DNA of 64,000 nt from Eledone cirrhosa (lineage: Eukaryota): positions 371,256,001-371,320,000 of the forward strand of contig OZ024740.1 of assembly GCA_964016885.1 (NCBI GenBank), written 5' to 3'. Positions 1 through 12,691 of the stretch are shown here, piece after piece (position 1 is the first letter of the stretch; every line of letters begins with the position of its first letter). Under the pieces are notes generated by a model, which saw only the letters and a list, made by a program, of their open reading frames with translations, was not told the DNA's origin and searched no databases. The translations under genes were made by a program, and so were the position numbers.

Positions 1-939
1 ATATATATATTCACACACACATAAATACATACATATATATGTATATTTGTGTTTATATCTCTAGGAGAAATTTGAAAGCCATAACAATACAGTTTTTAAG
101 GTAGCAAAGTTGTATTTTTTCTTGTATAATGTTTCAGTCTTCAGAGAACATTGTTAAATAATAAGATCAAAATATTATGTAAGAGAATAAAGTACTTTGT
201 TTTATTAGAAATGGCTTCCAAATTTCTGTTCAATTTTATACATCCATTCTTTGAAAATATGTCACAGTACAATTTAAAAAAAAATCATCATCAGAGCTTT
301 AGCCACCGCAATCTTTCCACTTTAATAGAGTGGAAGTGGTTGCCTAAGAGGAAAGCGATACTATGATTGGTCTTCCACATTCTTATAACAGTGCAGTATA
401 GCTGATTTTGAAAGAGAGAGGGAAAGATTAACCAAATATCTATAATAGCCTGTTCAGTTTTTAAATTTGAATTTTGTGCTGTATTCCCTGTGAATGGTCA
501 GGATTGGCTTACCTCCTCTTTGGTGTCAAGTTACATGCCATTTAAAGTCAAGATTATTACTACACTAGCCGATATCCATCGAAGTGGTGTGGTGTATAAC
601 TAATCAGAACTCTCCATTCCAGGGAGGCTAATCCCTGCAGAAGATGCGACAAGCCCCTTATGTAATGTTTACTAACACTATAAAATTTCTGCACATGGTA
701 GTTCCATTCAGACTGCCACAAGCAGATCAGAGCCACAGAAACTAATGCATTTGCCAGAACATCAAATTTCCTACCCACATGAAACCATTTTTCTCACTAA
801 TTAACATATAAGTGTACACTCTAATTTTTGGGGGTTGCTATCTTAATGATACAGACTTAATTAAATTATTGAGCGAATGAGAAAACGACTGATGTTGTAC
901 CGGTCCTATTCAATAGCTTTGTTTCATTATTATTATCTT

Positions 940-1064
940 GCCATTCTGAGTTCAAATCCCACCGAGGTTAACTTTGCCTTTCATCCTTACGAGGTCGATA
1001 ACATAAAGTACCAGTAATGTACTGAGTAATTGCTGGCCTTGTGCCAAAAGTAGAAACAATATTA
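940..1064 (+). mobile_element. SINE fragment with Deu/Nin-like core
   Basis: B-box GAGTTCAAATCCC followed by the core GCCTTTCATCCTTACGAGGTCGATAA..AGTACCAG. Related copies lie near 5930-6080(-), 8500-8640(-), 9730-9890, 46400-46580 and 61870-61970(-). Confidence 0.7.
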
Positions 1065-1279
1065 TAAAATATATATATATATATATATATACACAAAAAA
1101 GGATACCCAATACAGTCAGTAAAGTGGTAGTGCTTGTGTTACGAAAAAATTCCTTTAAACACCCTGTGAAGTGGTTGGCATCTGGCTACAGAAACCATGT
1201 CAAATATGGAACCCATCCAACCCATACCAGCATGGAAAGCAGACATAAAATGATGGGAAGGAAGATTCATATATATATA

Positions 1280-1380
1280 TATGAAAAGATTCAGGACCCC
1301 GATGGCTGAGCTCTGGCTGTTTCGACAGCTAGATACCCATTCTACTACCCCAATTATCGAGTACTCTGGTGCGTTATGTT
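1280..1380 (-). mobile_element. Short Penelope-LTR-like element carrying the 3' half of a hammerhead motif
   Basis: Reverse complement matches 17275-17400 and 57208-57232 (GAAAC..GCCRTCGGGGTCCTGA). It ends at (TA)n. Confidence 0.5.
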
Positions 1381-1424
1381 CACCTGCTATCTTACCACAC
1401 CCTCTTTGTTATATATATTATGTG

Positions 1425-1750
1425 AAGTCTCATGGCTTAGTGGTTAGTGTTGAGCTCACAATCTTAAGGTTGTGAGTTTGAATTCCAGAACAGGTGGTGC
1501 ATTGTGTTCTTAGCACTTTATTTCATGTTGCTCTAATTTACTCAGCTGTAGAAATGAGTTGCGACGTCACTGGTGCCAAGCTATAATGGCCATTGCCTTT
1601 CACTTGGACAACATCTGTGGCCTGGAGAAGGGAGACTGTAGTATGCATGGGTGACTGTTGTTCTTCCACAAACATACCTTGCCCAGGCTTATGCGTCAGA
1701 GGGGAGCTTCCTAGGTGCAAACCATGGTCATTCGTGACTGAAGGGAGCCT
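1425..1750 (+). mobile_element. tRNA-derived SINE with Meta/MESC-like core
   Basis: A-box TGGCTTAGTGG, B-box-like GTTTGAATTCC and core TTGCTCTAATTTACTCAGCTGTAGAAATGAG. Same family as 19700-19848(-). Confidence 0.7.
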
Positions 1751-2046
1751 ACAATATATATGTATTTAGTTTATTCTGTAATGTGGCTGGTGATCAACCT
1801 GACACAATATAGGATAGAGAGTACTTTTTAGTTTGGCCATGCAAATTATAACCTCTCTAGTGCTAGTGCCATGATAAAATGCACCCAGTACACTATGTAA
1901 TAGTGGTGCTATGATAAATAGGCACTCAGTTCACTCTGGAACATGGTTGGTGTTAAGAAGGGCATCCATGCAATGAAACCATGTGAAATATAGAATGAAG
2001 TCTCTCTGACCATTCTCACCATATAAAATGATGATGATGATGATTT

Positions 2047-2088
<42 letters not shown>

Positions 2089-2230
2089 TTATATAGAAAT
2101 AGCTTCTACAGGACTAGAACTGTCTTATTTGAAATAAATCATCATTTCTATATAAAATTTGATGTTTACACTCTACTTACTGTAGTTACCTCCGATTGAA
2201 CCTGGGTTCACAAATATATATATATATATA

Positions 2231-2405
2231 TCATCATCCGCTTTTCCCTGCTTACAAGGGTTGGACGGGTCCTATTTAGTACAGCATCTCTCCATTTGTC
2301 ACGGTCCTTCGTCATCTCCTTGGTGAGTTTCAGCGATCTGAGGTCTGCTCGCACCACCTCCGCCCATGTTTTTCGTGGTCTACCTCTACTGTGTCTTCCC
2401 TCCAT
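2231..2405 (-). mobile_element. RTE LINE 3' fragment
   Basis: Translates to SRGRPRKTWAEVVRADL..DRDKWR and ends in a (GAT)n tail in (TA)n. Near-identical to 57362-57560. Confidence 0.85.
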
Positions 2406-2479
2406 CTAAAAGTGGTCTTTGTTTTTTTGACTGAAAATACTCAACAACAGCAGTCTTTATTTAATAATTATTTGAAAAT

Positions 2480-5150
2480 ATTACCAACCTATCTTTACTT
2501 GTTTCTAAATATGTTCTAGACTCATTGTGGCAACCTTGTAATAATTCTCTATCTGTAAGGAGATAGATGATTTGGATAGGATAATTTGAAAGGATGTGAG
2601 AAATTTCCTAGTTTTCATATCTAAACTCTTCAGAACATTTAATTTCCAGATCGTTACATTGATATTGTAGTATAAGACTAGAATTGCTAATGTACTTATA
2701 CCGATTATCATATTTCTGGCATTGAGTTTTTGTTTTTAAAATTAGACTTACTTTCCAGTAATCATTTTTCCAATTCTTTTCTTTTCTGTTTCTAATCAGT
2801 TTCATCTACTCTTTAGTAGTATTTATGGTTCTGTTCTTATTCACTGATTTTGCTATCTAAATCTAACTTTGTTGTTTGACTTTTAATTAATTTTCTCCTT
2901 CTTAGCTTTGGCACATTTTTCGAACCTTATACTCATTGTTGCATCACTGTTGAATCTATATATAATTCTGAGTAAATTATGCTAGTAATATTGTCTATTT
3001 TATATGGTTTCAAATTATACATTTCTTGTTATAAGTGGTTTGATTCAGAAGATTAGTTAGCAGTGTCAGAGATAGACAAAACAGTAGTAGGGATAGTGAG
3101 TCTCATTGAAAAGTTCCACTTCTTATAGGGATACAACTATTTTTATCTTCTCTTTATCTTGCAGTGTTATTGCTGTTTTGTATTTCTATATGGTGCTGTT
3201 TATATACTGCTTTATCATTGGGTCTGTTTTCTTTAAATACAGTGTCTTCAGTATCAAGGAGTATCTTCTTCTCATCCCATCCTCATAGCTGAGGGTTGGG
3301 GGTAATGGATTTATGGACCAGCCCTCTCCATCTTTTCCTGTCTCTTGCCATACATTCCGCCAAACCCCTTTCCTTAATATCATCTGTCCATCTCCTTTTC
3401 TGCTGTCCCCTGGTCCTTTTCCCCTGTATTTGTCTCTCAAGGATGTGGTTAGTCAAAGGAGTATCATATGCTGTTAACTCTTTTGGTACCTAACTAACTG
3501 GCCCCAAATCACTCCTGGTTCAACAATATGAAATGTTTGTTTTAAAGTATTTATGTTTATTTAAAAACATCTCATTGTAATTATCTGTAAGAATGTTTAA
3601 GTTATGTTCCAAACATTAGCTTAGTAACGTGAAAGTTTCATTAGAAATATGGTAACAAAGGAGTTAAAGCATTTTTGGTAATAAATCCATGCAATGCTTG
3701 AATTTTATTTCTGTTTTTGTTATTGTTGTAACTGTTCCATTTACCAATAAAAAAAAAAAGCATATGCTGCCATGGAATAAAATTTCCATTGTTGAGAGAG
3801 AACTATAGTGGAACTTTAGAATAATCAAAGAAGCAATATATAAAATAGTTGCTGGAAACCCAATCAGTAAGCTTTGTGCTGACATCAGCTTGATATTATG
3901 AAAATAATTGTATTACCAATATCAGTTGTTTACACCCATTCATGCTCTTTCTGATTCTTTGTTTGGATATTGTTATGCTCTAGATAAATATCCAGTTTGT
4001 TACAGAATTATAGATGTCAGAGTTTTCTACATTGTTGCTCTGATATTTTTAGTTTTGAAGATTAGCATTGATTCTCCCTCTTGGGAGTTGGATGTTGATT
4101 CCAATCCTTGTCATAATTCATTGCATGCGATTTCTATAACTTCATGTATGCTGCTATTGAAAGCAGAAGTCAAGGCCTCTATCAATCCAGTGAGCCTTAT
4201 AGTTGCTTGAGATCTTGATTCTCTTGGTAAATCCCCAGATAGTTAGGCTGATCCATACTTGTGGTGTTACTGTATTTTCCCCCTCTCCTTTTTATCTATA
4301 ATGCAGCATTATTTTTGTTGCATATTTTGGTTTCCGATCCTCTCTCAGTATGATTCAGTTTCCTTTTATTATTAGTCATGATTCTTTTTTCCATTAATGT
4401 CTTGGCAGAATTATTGGCTATCATTTCAAACATGTCATTCTGATGAAACAATTCCTCACATTTCCAGTATTGTATCCAACATGTCTTTATCAAGATCAGA
4501 TGTTTCGTTTTTCTTTCATATCTTATTTTTTTCTCAACATTGACATTGTGTTTTCTTTACTTCTCATATTAAACTTCTTCCTTGTTATTTCATTGAGCAA
4601 GGATAGATCTTTTCTCATTTTGTTGATCTTATATTTTATATATTCTTTCCACTGTTGTGTTTTTCTTCTGTGAGGCTTCAGTAAAAGGTGATTTACTCTT
4701 GTAGGGTTGAACCCAGTTTCTCATTATACTACCATAAGTATTGAGCAAATTAGGTTATTCAATGTATTGATACTTGTATTTACTTCTGTGAAAAAAAATT
4801 ATTGGAGGTTCTGATTGTATTTCGCTGTTATTTCCCAACGCTGTTTGTTTATGTGTAGCTTGGGAATTGATCCATGTTTATTGATTTTATTATGATCAGT
4901 TCTTTAGATTTTCCTGATTGTTGACTCTGCTTGATGTGGCTTTATTATTCTATTCACTGGGGTTGGGTGTATATTCTTTATTATGGGTGGGTTTTTGAAT
5001 GGTTATTTTCATGGGGTCTTGTGTGATCAACACCTTCATTTTTATTCCTTATTTCCTCTTAGTATTTTTTGTTTCGATGATTATAGCCCCTTGTCCTTTT
5101 CATGTGTAATTGGGTCTATTGTGTTCTGTTCATTGTGGTGGTTTTATTTT
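2480..5150 (-). pseudogene. Heavily decayed R4/Dong-clade non-LTR retrotransposon RT, interrupted by later insertions
   Basis: Manual minus-strand translation gives PIRSGTFQ*DSLSLLLFCLSLTLLTNLLN (~3130-3045; cf. GIFQGDSLSPLLF), RFEKCAKA (~2925; cf. FGLDKCAK) and KLNARNMIIGISTLAILVL..LDMKTRKFLT (~2730-2595), all typical of R4/Dong RTs. The extension to 5150 is weakly supported. Confidence 0.65.
3474..3667. mobile_element. piggyBac-type MITE (family 2)
   Basis: TTAA at both ends with CTCTTTTGGTACC / GGTAACAAAGGAG termini. Internal similarity to 46957-47180, 52527-52895, 61205-61447 and 62955-63243. Confidence 0.6.
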
Positions 5151-6109
5151 CCATGCAGTTTTTCTTTTTGCTTTGTAACAGTTCATGTGTAGTTGTTGTA
5201 TAGCTCTAGGTCGGTCTTGATTGAGTAGACATATGTTCAAAAGTGTTCCAGCTGTGACCACCCCATCTTATATATTATTTTCAGGAATAGTATACAAACA
5301 CAAAGCTCTATTAGTCAATATATCTTGCTGTTTTAAAGTTGGTACATTGTGATGTTTGAGGTATATTTGACTGCTATTTCTAGCTGATCGAGCAACAACC
5401 TACAGGTTCCTACTTTGGTTTGTGATAGTTCATATGTTTCGTGTGTAGTAGGTTTAGTTGTGTTGCTTTCATTGGTTTGTGAGAAATCTTCTGTTTTTGT
5501 GTGTGCAGTTTTTTTTTTTTGATATCATATTTTTCAGTGTGCATGCTTAGTAGGAATACTATTTCTGTTGTATTATTTTTCCTATTCTTTCCCATAAACC
5601 TACATACATTTGCTAATGTATTTGAGTTTAGCTGTATTTCTACATCTTCATTTGTTCTTCTCCAGATTTTATGTTTTTTTTATGGAGCTAGTATATGTTG
5701 GGTTTAGTATAGTTCTGATGTATACTCTGATGTATACTTCTGATGTATACGGTGATGATGACTCATGACAGATATGTGTTTCTTTTTGAGTTTGTTTTTC
5801 CTACTCAGGTGGAAATAATATTTACAACCAGAGTTATGTTCAATTTGAATTTCCTCTTCTATTATCTCACATAGTGGTTTCTAACATAGACACAATATCA
5901 GAAAAAAAAATTGTGGGGGGGGGGGGATTTTATATCAGTGCCAATATTTGATTGGTAATTATTTATTGACCCCAGAAGGCTGAAAGGCAAATTTGACCTT
6001 GAAGGGATTTGAACCCAGAATGTAAAGTGACAGATAAGTATCACATGGTTTTATGTCTGATGGTGTAACGATTCTGTCAACCAATCACTCTTTGTCTCAA
6101 CTTCAACAA

Positions 6110-7312
6110 AAAGTTAATGAATGAGCACAAAAGGTTATTTTGTGTGTGTGTGTCTGTATGTGTATCTTTGTGTTTTTGTGTATGTGTGTGTGCTTGTGCA
6201 CGTGTGTGTTCGTTACCAGTAATTGAATGTATTTTGAACAATTACCTATTAGAGATGCCAATATCTCAAAGAAACCATGTGGTGCTGTGTAGTAACTATG
6301 TGAGTGAATATATCTATTTGCCTCCAACTCATGCCAGCATGGATGTAAAATGATGATAATGATGGTGATGCTTATTTTGTTCTGTTTTCCATGTGACTTA
6401 TATTTTTTTTTTTTTTTTTCATTACTTGTAATTCACTTAATAAATAGTGCTGTGTGGTGAAAAATAATAGACTTTCCTGTTTGTTTCAATGAGTTTTCAG
6501 TTGTTTGATCAATTGAAGTAGCTACTCACTGAAATAATATGTATGTGGCTTAGTATTCCACAGATACTAGTATACCTTTAACCTAAACCTCAAGTAGATT
6601 CAGTATGGCACAGTATAGGAATTTATAGGTACAGTTCAGTGGGCTTCCACCTACTCTGTTCCACTCTCATGGCTTGACTTGACTTGAGGTTATGATAACA
6701 GATATATATACTCAAGATCCCGTGTAGTATGATTGAACATGGAGACTTCATAATTGCAAAGTAAACTTCTTAACCACACTGCTATGCTGGCACCCAATTA
6801 GTAACAACACACATTAGACAACACACCAGTAACTATACACATGTATTACACTGGTAGCTAAATACACTCATATGTACACAATCTGATGTTGTTACTATGT
6901 GTGCGTGGTTTGTTTTTGCTAATTTGTTTTTCCTAAACAGTGGAAAAAAAATGTTTACAAGTAAAACTATGTTCAATATGACCTCCATCCTCACCCATCC
7001 ACACCTCATATTATCTTAGATAAATTGAAGAAATATTTGTCCCAATATCAATAAGTTAATGAATAAACAGACAAAAGGAAATTCTGTGTGTATGTGTACA
7101 CACATGTGTGTGTGTGTGTGTGTGTTTTGTCAGTATTTGAATGCATTTTGTACTATTACCTATTAGAGATTCCAATATCTGAAAGAAACCATGTTTCGCT
7201 GTTTAGTAACTATGCAAGTGAATATGTTTATATGTCTTTTGTGCTTCATATTCTATGTAACTGATATTGTTTTTCATGAAACCCGTAATTCACTCAACAA
7301 TAGATAGTGCTA
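6110..7312. repeat. Old local direct duplication (~6110-6450 vs ~7052-7312)
   Basis: Shared blocks AAGTTAATGAAT, ATTACCTATTAGAGAT, AAGAAACCATGT, TAGTAACTATG and GTAATTCACT occur in the same order, about 900 bp apart. Confidence 0.75.
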
Positions 7313-7765
7313 GATAGTGTAATTAATATTGAAATATCTTGCTTAAAAAGCAACATTCTTTTGAAAAACAACATACTAGGATTTTGTAAGCTTTAGTAGT
7401 TATTAAGATACCACCAGAGCTAGCAATGCATCAGACAGACAAAACAAAAAGAGTATCACAGTGTTTTTGTGGTGAGATATGTTGCATAAGGAGACTGATG
7501 GCATTGATGCTACAATATGTTGTTGTTAGATATAATTCTGTTGTGTCGATGATGTATTTTGGTGCTGTTAGATAGCTAGCTGATTTTTCCTGCTCTCTAT
7601 GTTGCATGGTGTGATGTGTGATTTCACTCAGCATGGTAACAGTCCCACCACCAGCATTTTCCCAAGGCAGGCCAGGCCAATATTTGCTGAGTCCTCCTTC
7701 ACAAACCTCAACCAGGTCTTGACATGTCTATCTTGCCTCCTGTGTTCCCTTTCTGGCTGCCATTC

Positions 7766-7796
<31 letters not shown>

Positions 7797-9964
7797 TCAT
7801 GGTTTTCTTCATAGGTATGTAGTAGTAATTGCTATTGTTGTTGATGTTTAGTCACTGGTATGCCCTGAGCAAACCTGTGATTTTCCCAGGATTGTGTAGC
7901 TAGGAATACATTACCTAACATGTTCTCTTTTTTAAAATGGTAGAGTGTTATTTGAGAGAGATTTGGCTGTTATTCCTAGCAGGTCAAGCAACCATACAAG
8001 TAGTTCAGACAGCTGTTGTTGATGGAGTAGATTAGCATTCTTGTATCTAAGTGGTCTCTTTAATTTCCTCTTGTCTTGTTTGATGGGTATGTAGATGAGA
8101 TCAATGATGGTAATTGTGTGTGTATGTGTATAGGTAAGTTTGTGGCCGTAATTGTGTGCTCTTGACAGTATGGTGGCTATTGATGTTGTGGTTACTTTAG
8201 TGTCTATGTTGCTGCTTCTTTTATGTGTTTTATCTGATAGAGTGGAATTGATTGTAGCTGATAGCAGCTATGAATGGTTGCTCCTTACATATCTCGTTCT
8301 GCTGTATAACTAGATTACCCTTGAAACCCCCCCCCCATCCCACAGGTCCCCCTCACATACACATGCTTGTACATGTGTGTGTATGTGTGCAGAGTCTAAG
8401 ACTATGTGAATTGTTCTGTTTACAATGGTTTATCCTTTTAGTCATTGAACTGTAGCCATGCTAGATGCCTGCTTTCAGTGATGTAGTCAATTACAGCCAC
8501 TCCAGTACTTATTTTTATCAATCTCAGAGGATGAAAGGCAAAGTAAACTTGGGAGTCATTTGAACTGAGAATGTAAACTAGGTGTAACCAAATACTGCAC
8601 AATGTTTCATACACTGCTCTACTGATTTTGCCATTAAACTGACAATATTGGTTTCTAATTATTTTCTGTTTGTTTTAGTTTGTTAAAAGAGAGCATTAAC
8701 ACGCAGGTAGAGTTTAGATTTTACTGGGACTGACATAGTTCATAATAAAGTTATTGTTAAAGTTGTTATTTTATATCGATGGTCCCATATAGTTGTTACT
8801 ACAGCAACATTTCCATGCTGTAGGGATGCATGCCTTTACTGGCTAGAAGCTTTCGACTTAAGGTAAACTGCACATCTTCTTTCTCTCTGTAGTACCTGAT
8901 TTAGCCTGAAGGAAAGTGTCTATATATTTCAATTTAAGGAGATTTTTCCTGTTATTTCTGATGTTATATAGTGTCTTGATCTTGTATAGCTTCAAGTCAG
9001 CACTGATTGACAAAACATGTGGTCAGAGGTTGTGTTCTAGTCACAACCATCAACCTTTTATTAAGTGGTAATGTTATTAAGACTACATTATGAAATGTGT
9101 TCTATTTTTGAACCAGTAGGGTGTGATTTACAGGGATTTTTGGCTACATACTGTTTCTAGTAGGCTGAATTACCATATGGTTTCACTCATTGGCTCATTT
9201 AATCCTAAGTCAGCTCTAATCCAGGAAACCCATGATCAAAATTGTTCCATCCCTGAAACATTCCTCATTCATTCAGGCATAGGCACTATATTGAGGATTA
9301 CTTTTGCAAATGTTTTGTTATATTTTTTTCTAAGACAATAAGGTGTGATTTGAAAGAGATTTGGCTTCCTTTTCTGTCAGGTTGAACAACCACAAAGAAT
9401 CTCTATAATTAGCTGGTCACAAGACTTGTAGAAAATGGAGAATGAAAACCAGATACAATCTTTTTTTTTGCCGTCAATAATAGACATTAAGAAAAGAACA
9501 GCCCCAGGCTCCATCCCCACCACACCTCTGCCATCACATGTGTTAAATGATAACTTAATATACAACAATGTAACTCGAGATTTTGAAAATTGCCTAAATG
9601 AGTGACAGGCTTTTTTTTTCTTTTTATAAAAAGTTCATAAAATATGATGTTCATCTCAGTATTTGTGGCCACTGTTAATGTTATTGTTAACATTGTTTTA
9701 TGATATTCTTTAGAAGCTGGCATAATTGGTGGAGCATCAGATAGAATGCCTTGCAGTATTGTCCCAGCTCTTTGTGTTCTGAATTCAAATCCTGTTGAGG
9801 TTTTTGCTTTTATCTTTCTGTGTTTGATAAAGTAAAGTACCAGTAAAGTACTGGGATCGATTTCATAGACTTACTCCCTCCTCTAATGTTGAATCTAAAA
9901 AATCATATCTCTGTCTCTATAACTTGCATCATCCTGGCTGCTTGTTCACTCTCTAGATTCTGCC

Positions 9965-10180
9965 TTAACCCTTTAGCATTTACGTTACTCTATATTTACT
10001 ATTATATTTTCACGGTAAAGGCTTTACTTCACATAATATTGAATCTTTGAGATTTTGATGTTATTTATTTTGAGAACGATACCTTAACATCAGTATGAGC
10101 GGCTGGTTACAGCCAGTTAGAACAGAAAGAGGTGAGAGGATTCTGGCTGGATATGGCTGGTTTAAATGCTAAAGAGTTAA
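9965..10180. mobile_element. piggyBac-type MITE (family 1)
   Basis: TTAA-CCCTTTAGCATTTA ... TAAATGCTAAAGAG-TTAA terminal inverted repeats. A reverse-oriented copy lies at 52587-52797. Confidence 0.8.
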
Positions 10181-10559
10181 ACACTCTGTCCAGGCCCTGT
10201 TCAACTTTAGAGCATCAACTGCCTGGAAATCCTATGCTGTCTCCCTTATCTTCTTTGTAGATTTTCAAACTGAACATCATCTGCATTGCTTCTATCTGTC
10301 TCAGAGGTCCTGCAAATATAATAACCATTGTTCTTCTGCCATTGACCAACTTATATATGTGTAACACATATGCATGCATGTACGCATGTGCACACAGGTA
10401 GAATCAGGATAAGGCTCCTTTTGTAAAACCTTATCTCAACAAGTCCTGTACAAACCATGCCAACATGAAAAAGCAGACACGAGAATATTGAGCATGGTGA
10501 TATAATGGGTTGAAATGAAAGTTCTGCCTGATTTTAACATATATTTTGCTAATCAAAAT

Positions 10560-10830
10560 AGTGAGGGATGTGTAATAGTGTACACGAGTGACAAAGCATA
10601 AATGTACTGAGAGTAAAAATAGGCATAAGAGGGATCAAATGCAGTGTGCAAGAGAAAAGATAGCATTGGTATGGACATGTGATACATATGGAGGATGACA
10701 ATGGCATAAAGAAGTGCAGGGTATTTAAAGTCGAAGAAACCTGTGGATGACCTAGGAAAATATGGGATGATGTGGTGAGGGCTGAACTTACAAAATCAGA
10801 CCTCACGAAGGAGATGACATCAAGTTGATG
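10560..10830 (+). mobile_element. Old RTE LINE 3' coding fragment
   Basis: Encodes GIRGIKCSVQE..WYGHV.HMEDD..IKKCR..PRKIWDDVVRAEL. Confidence 0.75.
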
Positions 10831-11557
10831 GGAAATTTGTTGTGATGAGGATGACATGTGCATGAGGAGGATCAATGGTGTCGAAACTCTTATACTGACA
10901 TTTAGGTCCCTCCTGCCAAAATACCTTCCCATTCACTTCTTTTTGATCCCCCCCCCCCCCATCTACCTTGATTTTAAATCCTTCTACATCCTTATTATCT
11001 AAATAATGATGTTACCCACACAACCCACAAAGATGTGTAGCTTGGCCCGGCATGTGCCCACCAATTCAATAGATCTACTTCCCCCTCAACCTGGCATCTG
11101 TTCATACTCTCTTACCCTCTTTTTCATTTCTTTCCCTGAATAATGGCTTTGACAGCAAGCTATTTATAGGTGCCAGTACTCCTACAGTTCCACTTACATC
11201 TTGCATTTACTCCACTCCCATCACTATCTTTCTGCCTGGATGGGGATGCAACAATGACCCTAGTGTTAATGCCAAAGTGGAATGCACCCAGTGTTCTCTG
11301 CAAGTGGTATGCTGGTACCACCATACAATGCACCCAGCTTACTTTGCACCCAGCCCATGATAAAATGCACTGTTAAGAGGTTGGCATTAGGAAGGGCATC
11401 CAGCTGTAGAAACCATGCCAGACAAGAATGTATAAGCTGAATATGATCATATATATATAAAATGTCAGATTTATCAAACTAAATTGATATCTCAGAATAT
11501 GAAATGAAATAACTATGGTGAACTGAAAGAAAAAAACAATACATAAATAAATTATAA

Positions 11558-11690
11558 CTAGAGATAAAATAATTTTTCTGCATTGAAAAACTCATAGTTC
11601 ATCACTTTTCAATTCCCATGGTGATGAAAAAAAATTATTACGCAAAAAAGGACAGACAGACTAACAGGCATTTGTCTTTTATATAAAAAA
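11558..11690 (-). mobile_element. Degenerate non-autonomous Helitron-like remnant
   Basis: On the + strand it reads ACTAG at the left, with GACAGACAGAC and TCTTTTATATA at the right. This is the reverse-oriented layout of short Helitrons. Confidence 0.35.
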
Positions 11691-12036
11691 TACTTAACTT
11701 ATATAAAGGTACCCATATACCTATATATATATAATATTGATAGATAAATATACACACAGGCACAATACCCAAACGTTTATAAGTGAATTAATAAGGTACA
11801 AATAGAGTTTTTTCTTTTTCTGTTCCTGTCTACTGAGATCTATTCTGGCAATTATCCAACCAACACACCATTACCACTATTACTACTAACATTACAAGAA
11901 CTACTACTACTAGTAGGTATAGTAGTGGTGGTGATAAGTTATGACTTCTGTATGATAACTTGTCTTGCCATTTTACTCTCTCAAATTTTGACAATCACAC
12001 TGTTGCGCCTTTGACACTTGTCATTATTAATCATAT

Positions 12037-12051
12037 CTTCTTCTTCACCCA

Positions 12052-12082
<31 letters not shown>

Positions 12083-12150
12083 CTTCTTCTTCTTCTCCTC
12101 CTCCTCCTCCTCCTCCTCCTCATCCTCCTCCTCCTCCTCCTCCTCCTCTT
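12037..12150. repeat. (CTT)n(CTC)n compound microsatellite
   Basis: Seen directly. It explains the poly-L and poly-E/K ORFs. Confidence 0.95.
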
Positions 12151-12600
12151 TGCTTATCCCCACTTCCCTTCTCAGTCAATGTTTTTTTTTATAGTTTATT
12201 TTCTCTGACAGTCTTTATGTATATACAGTATATATGTATATAAAAATAAATGTATATGTTTGTGTGTATATGTGTCTGTGTATATATAGAGTTTTTTGCA
12301 ACAATAAAACTTTTAAAGGATATCTCCAGTCCAACCTCCTGTTTTAAATAAATAAATATTTAACTCTGTTCTTTCATCAGCCATGGGATTCAACATCAAT
12401 GATGGATGAATTGCAATATGTAGAGTGCTTTTCCTACTATTACATCATGGTTAACTAAATGGGATGACCCGTTCTATCCATTGGTGAACCACAAAACGTA
12501 AATGAATATGAATATATATATGTATGCTTAGAAAATCTCAAACGCAGGAAAATAGGTGTGAACACATCTTAGAAAATCAAGTAAAATACCCCTATAAACA

Positions 12601-12691
12601 GAAAAAGTGGTCAGCAGCTACTACAGAGAATCGAACTCTGTACCTCTCAAATTTCAGCTGAGCATTCTGTACCATTGAGCTAAATGATCCC
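12601..12691 (-). pseudogene. tRNA-derived (Phe-like, GAA) pseudogene or SINE head
   Basis: Minus strand reads GGGATCATTTAGCTCAATGGTACAGAATGCTCAGCTGAAATTTGAGAGGTACAGAGTTCGATTCTCTGTAG..CACTTTTT, with an A box, a CT-GAA-AT loop, a B box and a T-run. The acceptor stem does not pair. A partial tandem copy lies at ~12827-12905. Confidence 0.6.

Noticed and set aside
11960-12208. Poly-Leu and poly-Glu/Lys ORFs
   Set aside because: They are translations of a (CTT)n(CTC)n microsatellite.
12601-12691. Functional tRNA-Phe gene
   Set aside because: The acceptor stem cannot pair and the sequence is part of a tandem repeat, so it is kept only as tRNA-derived.
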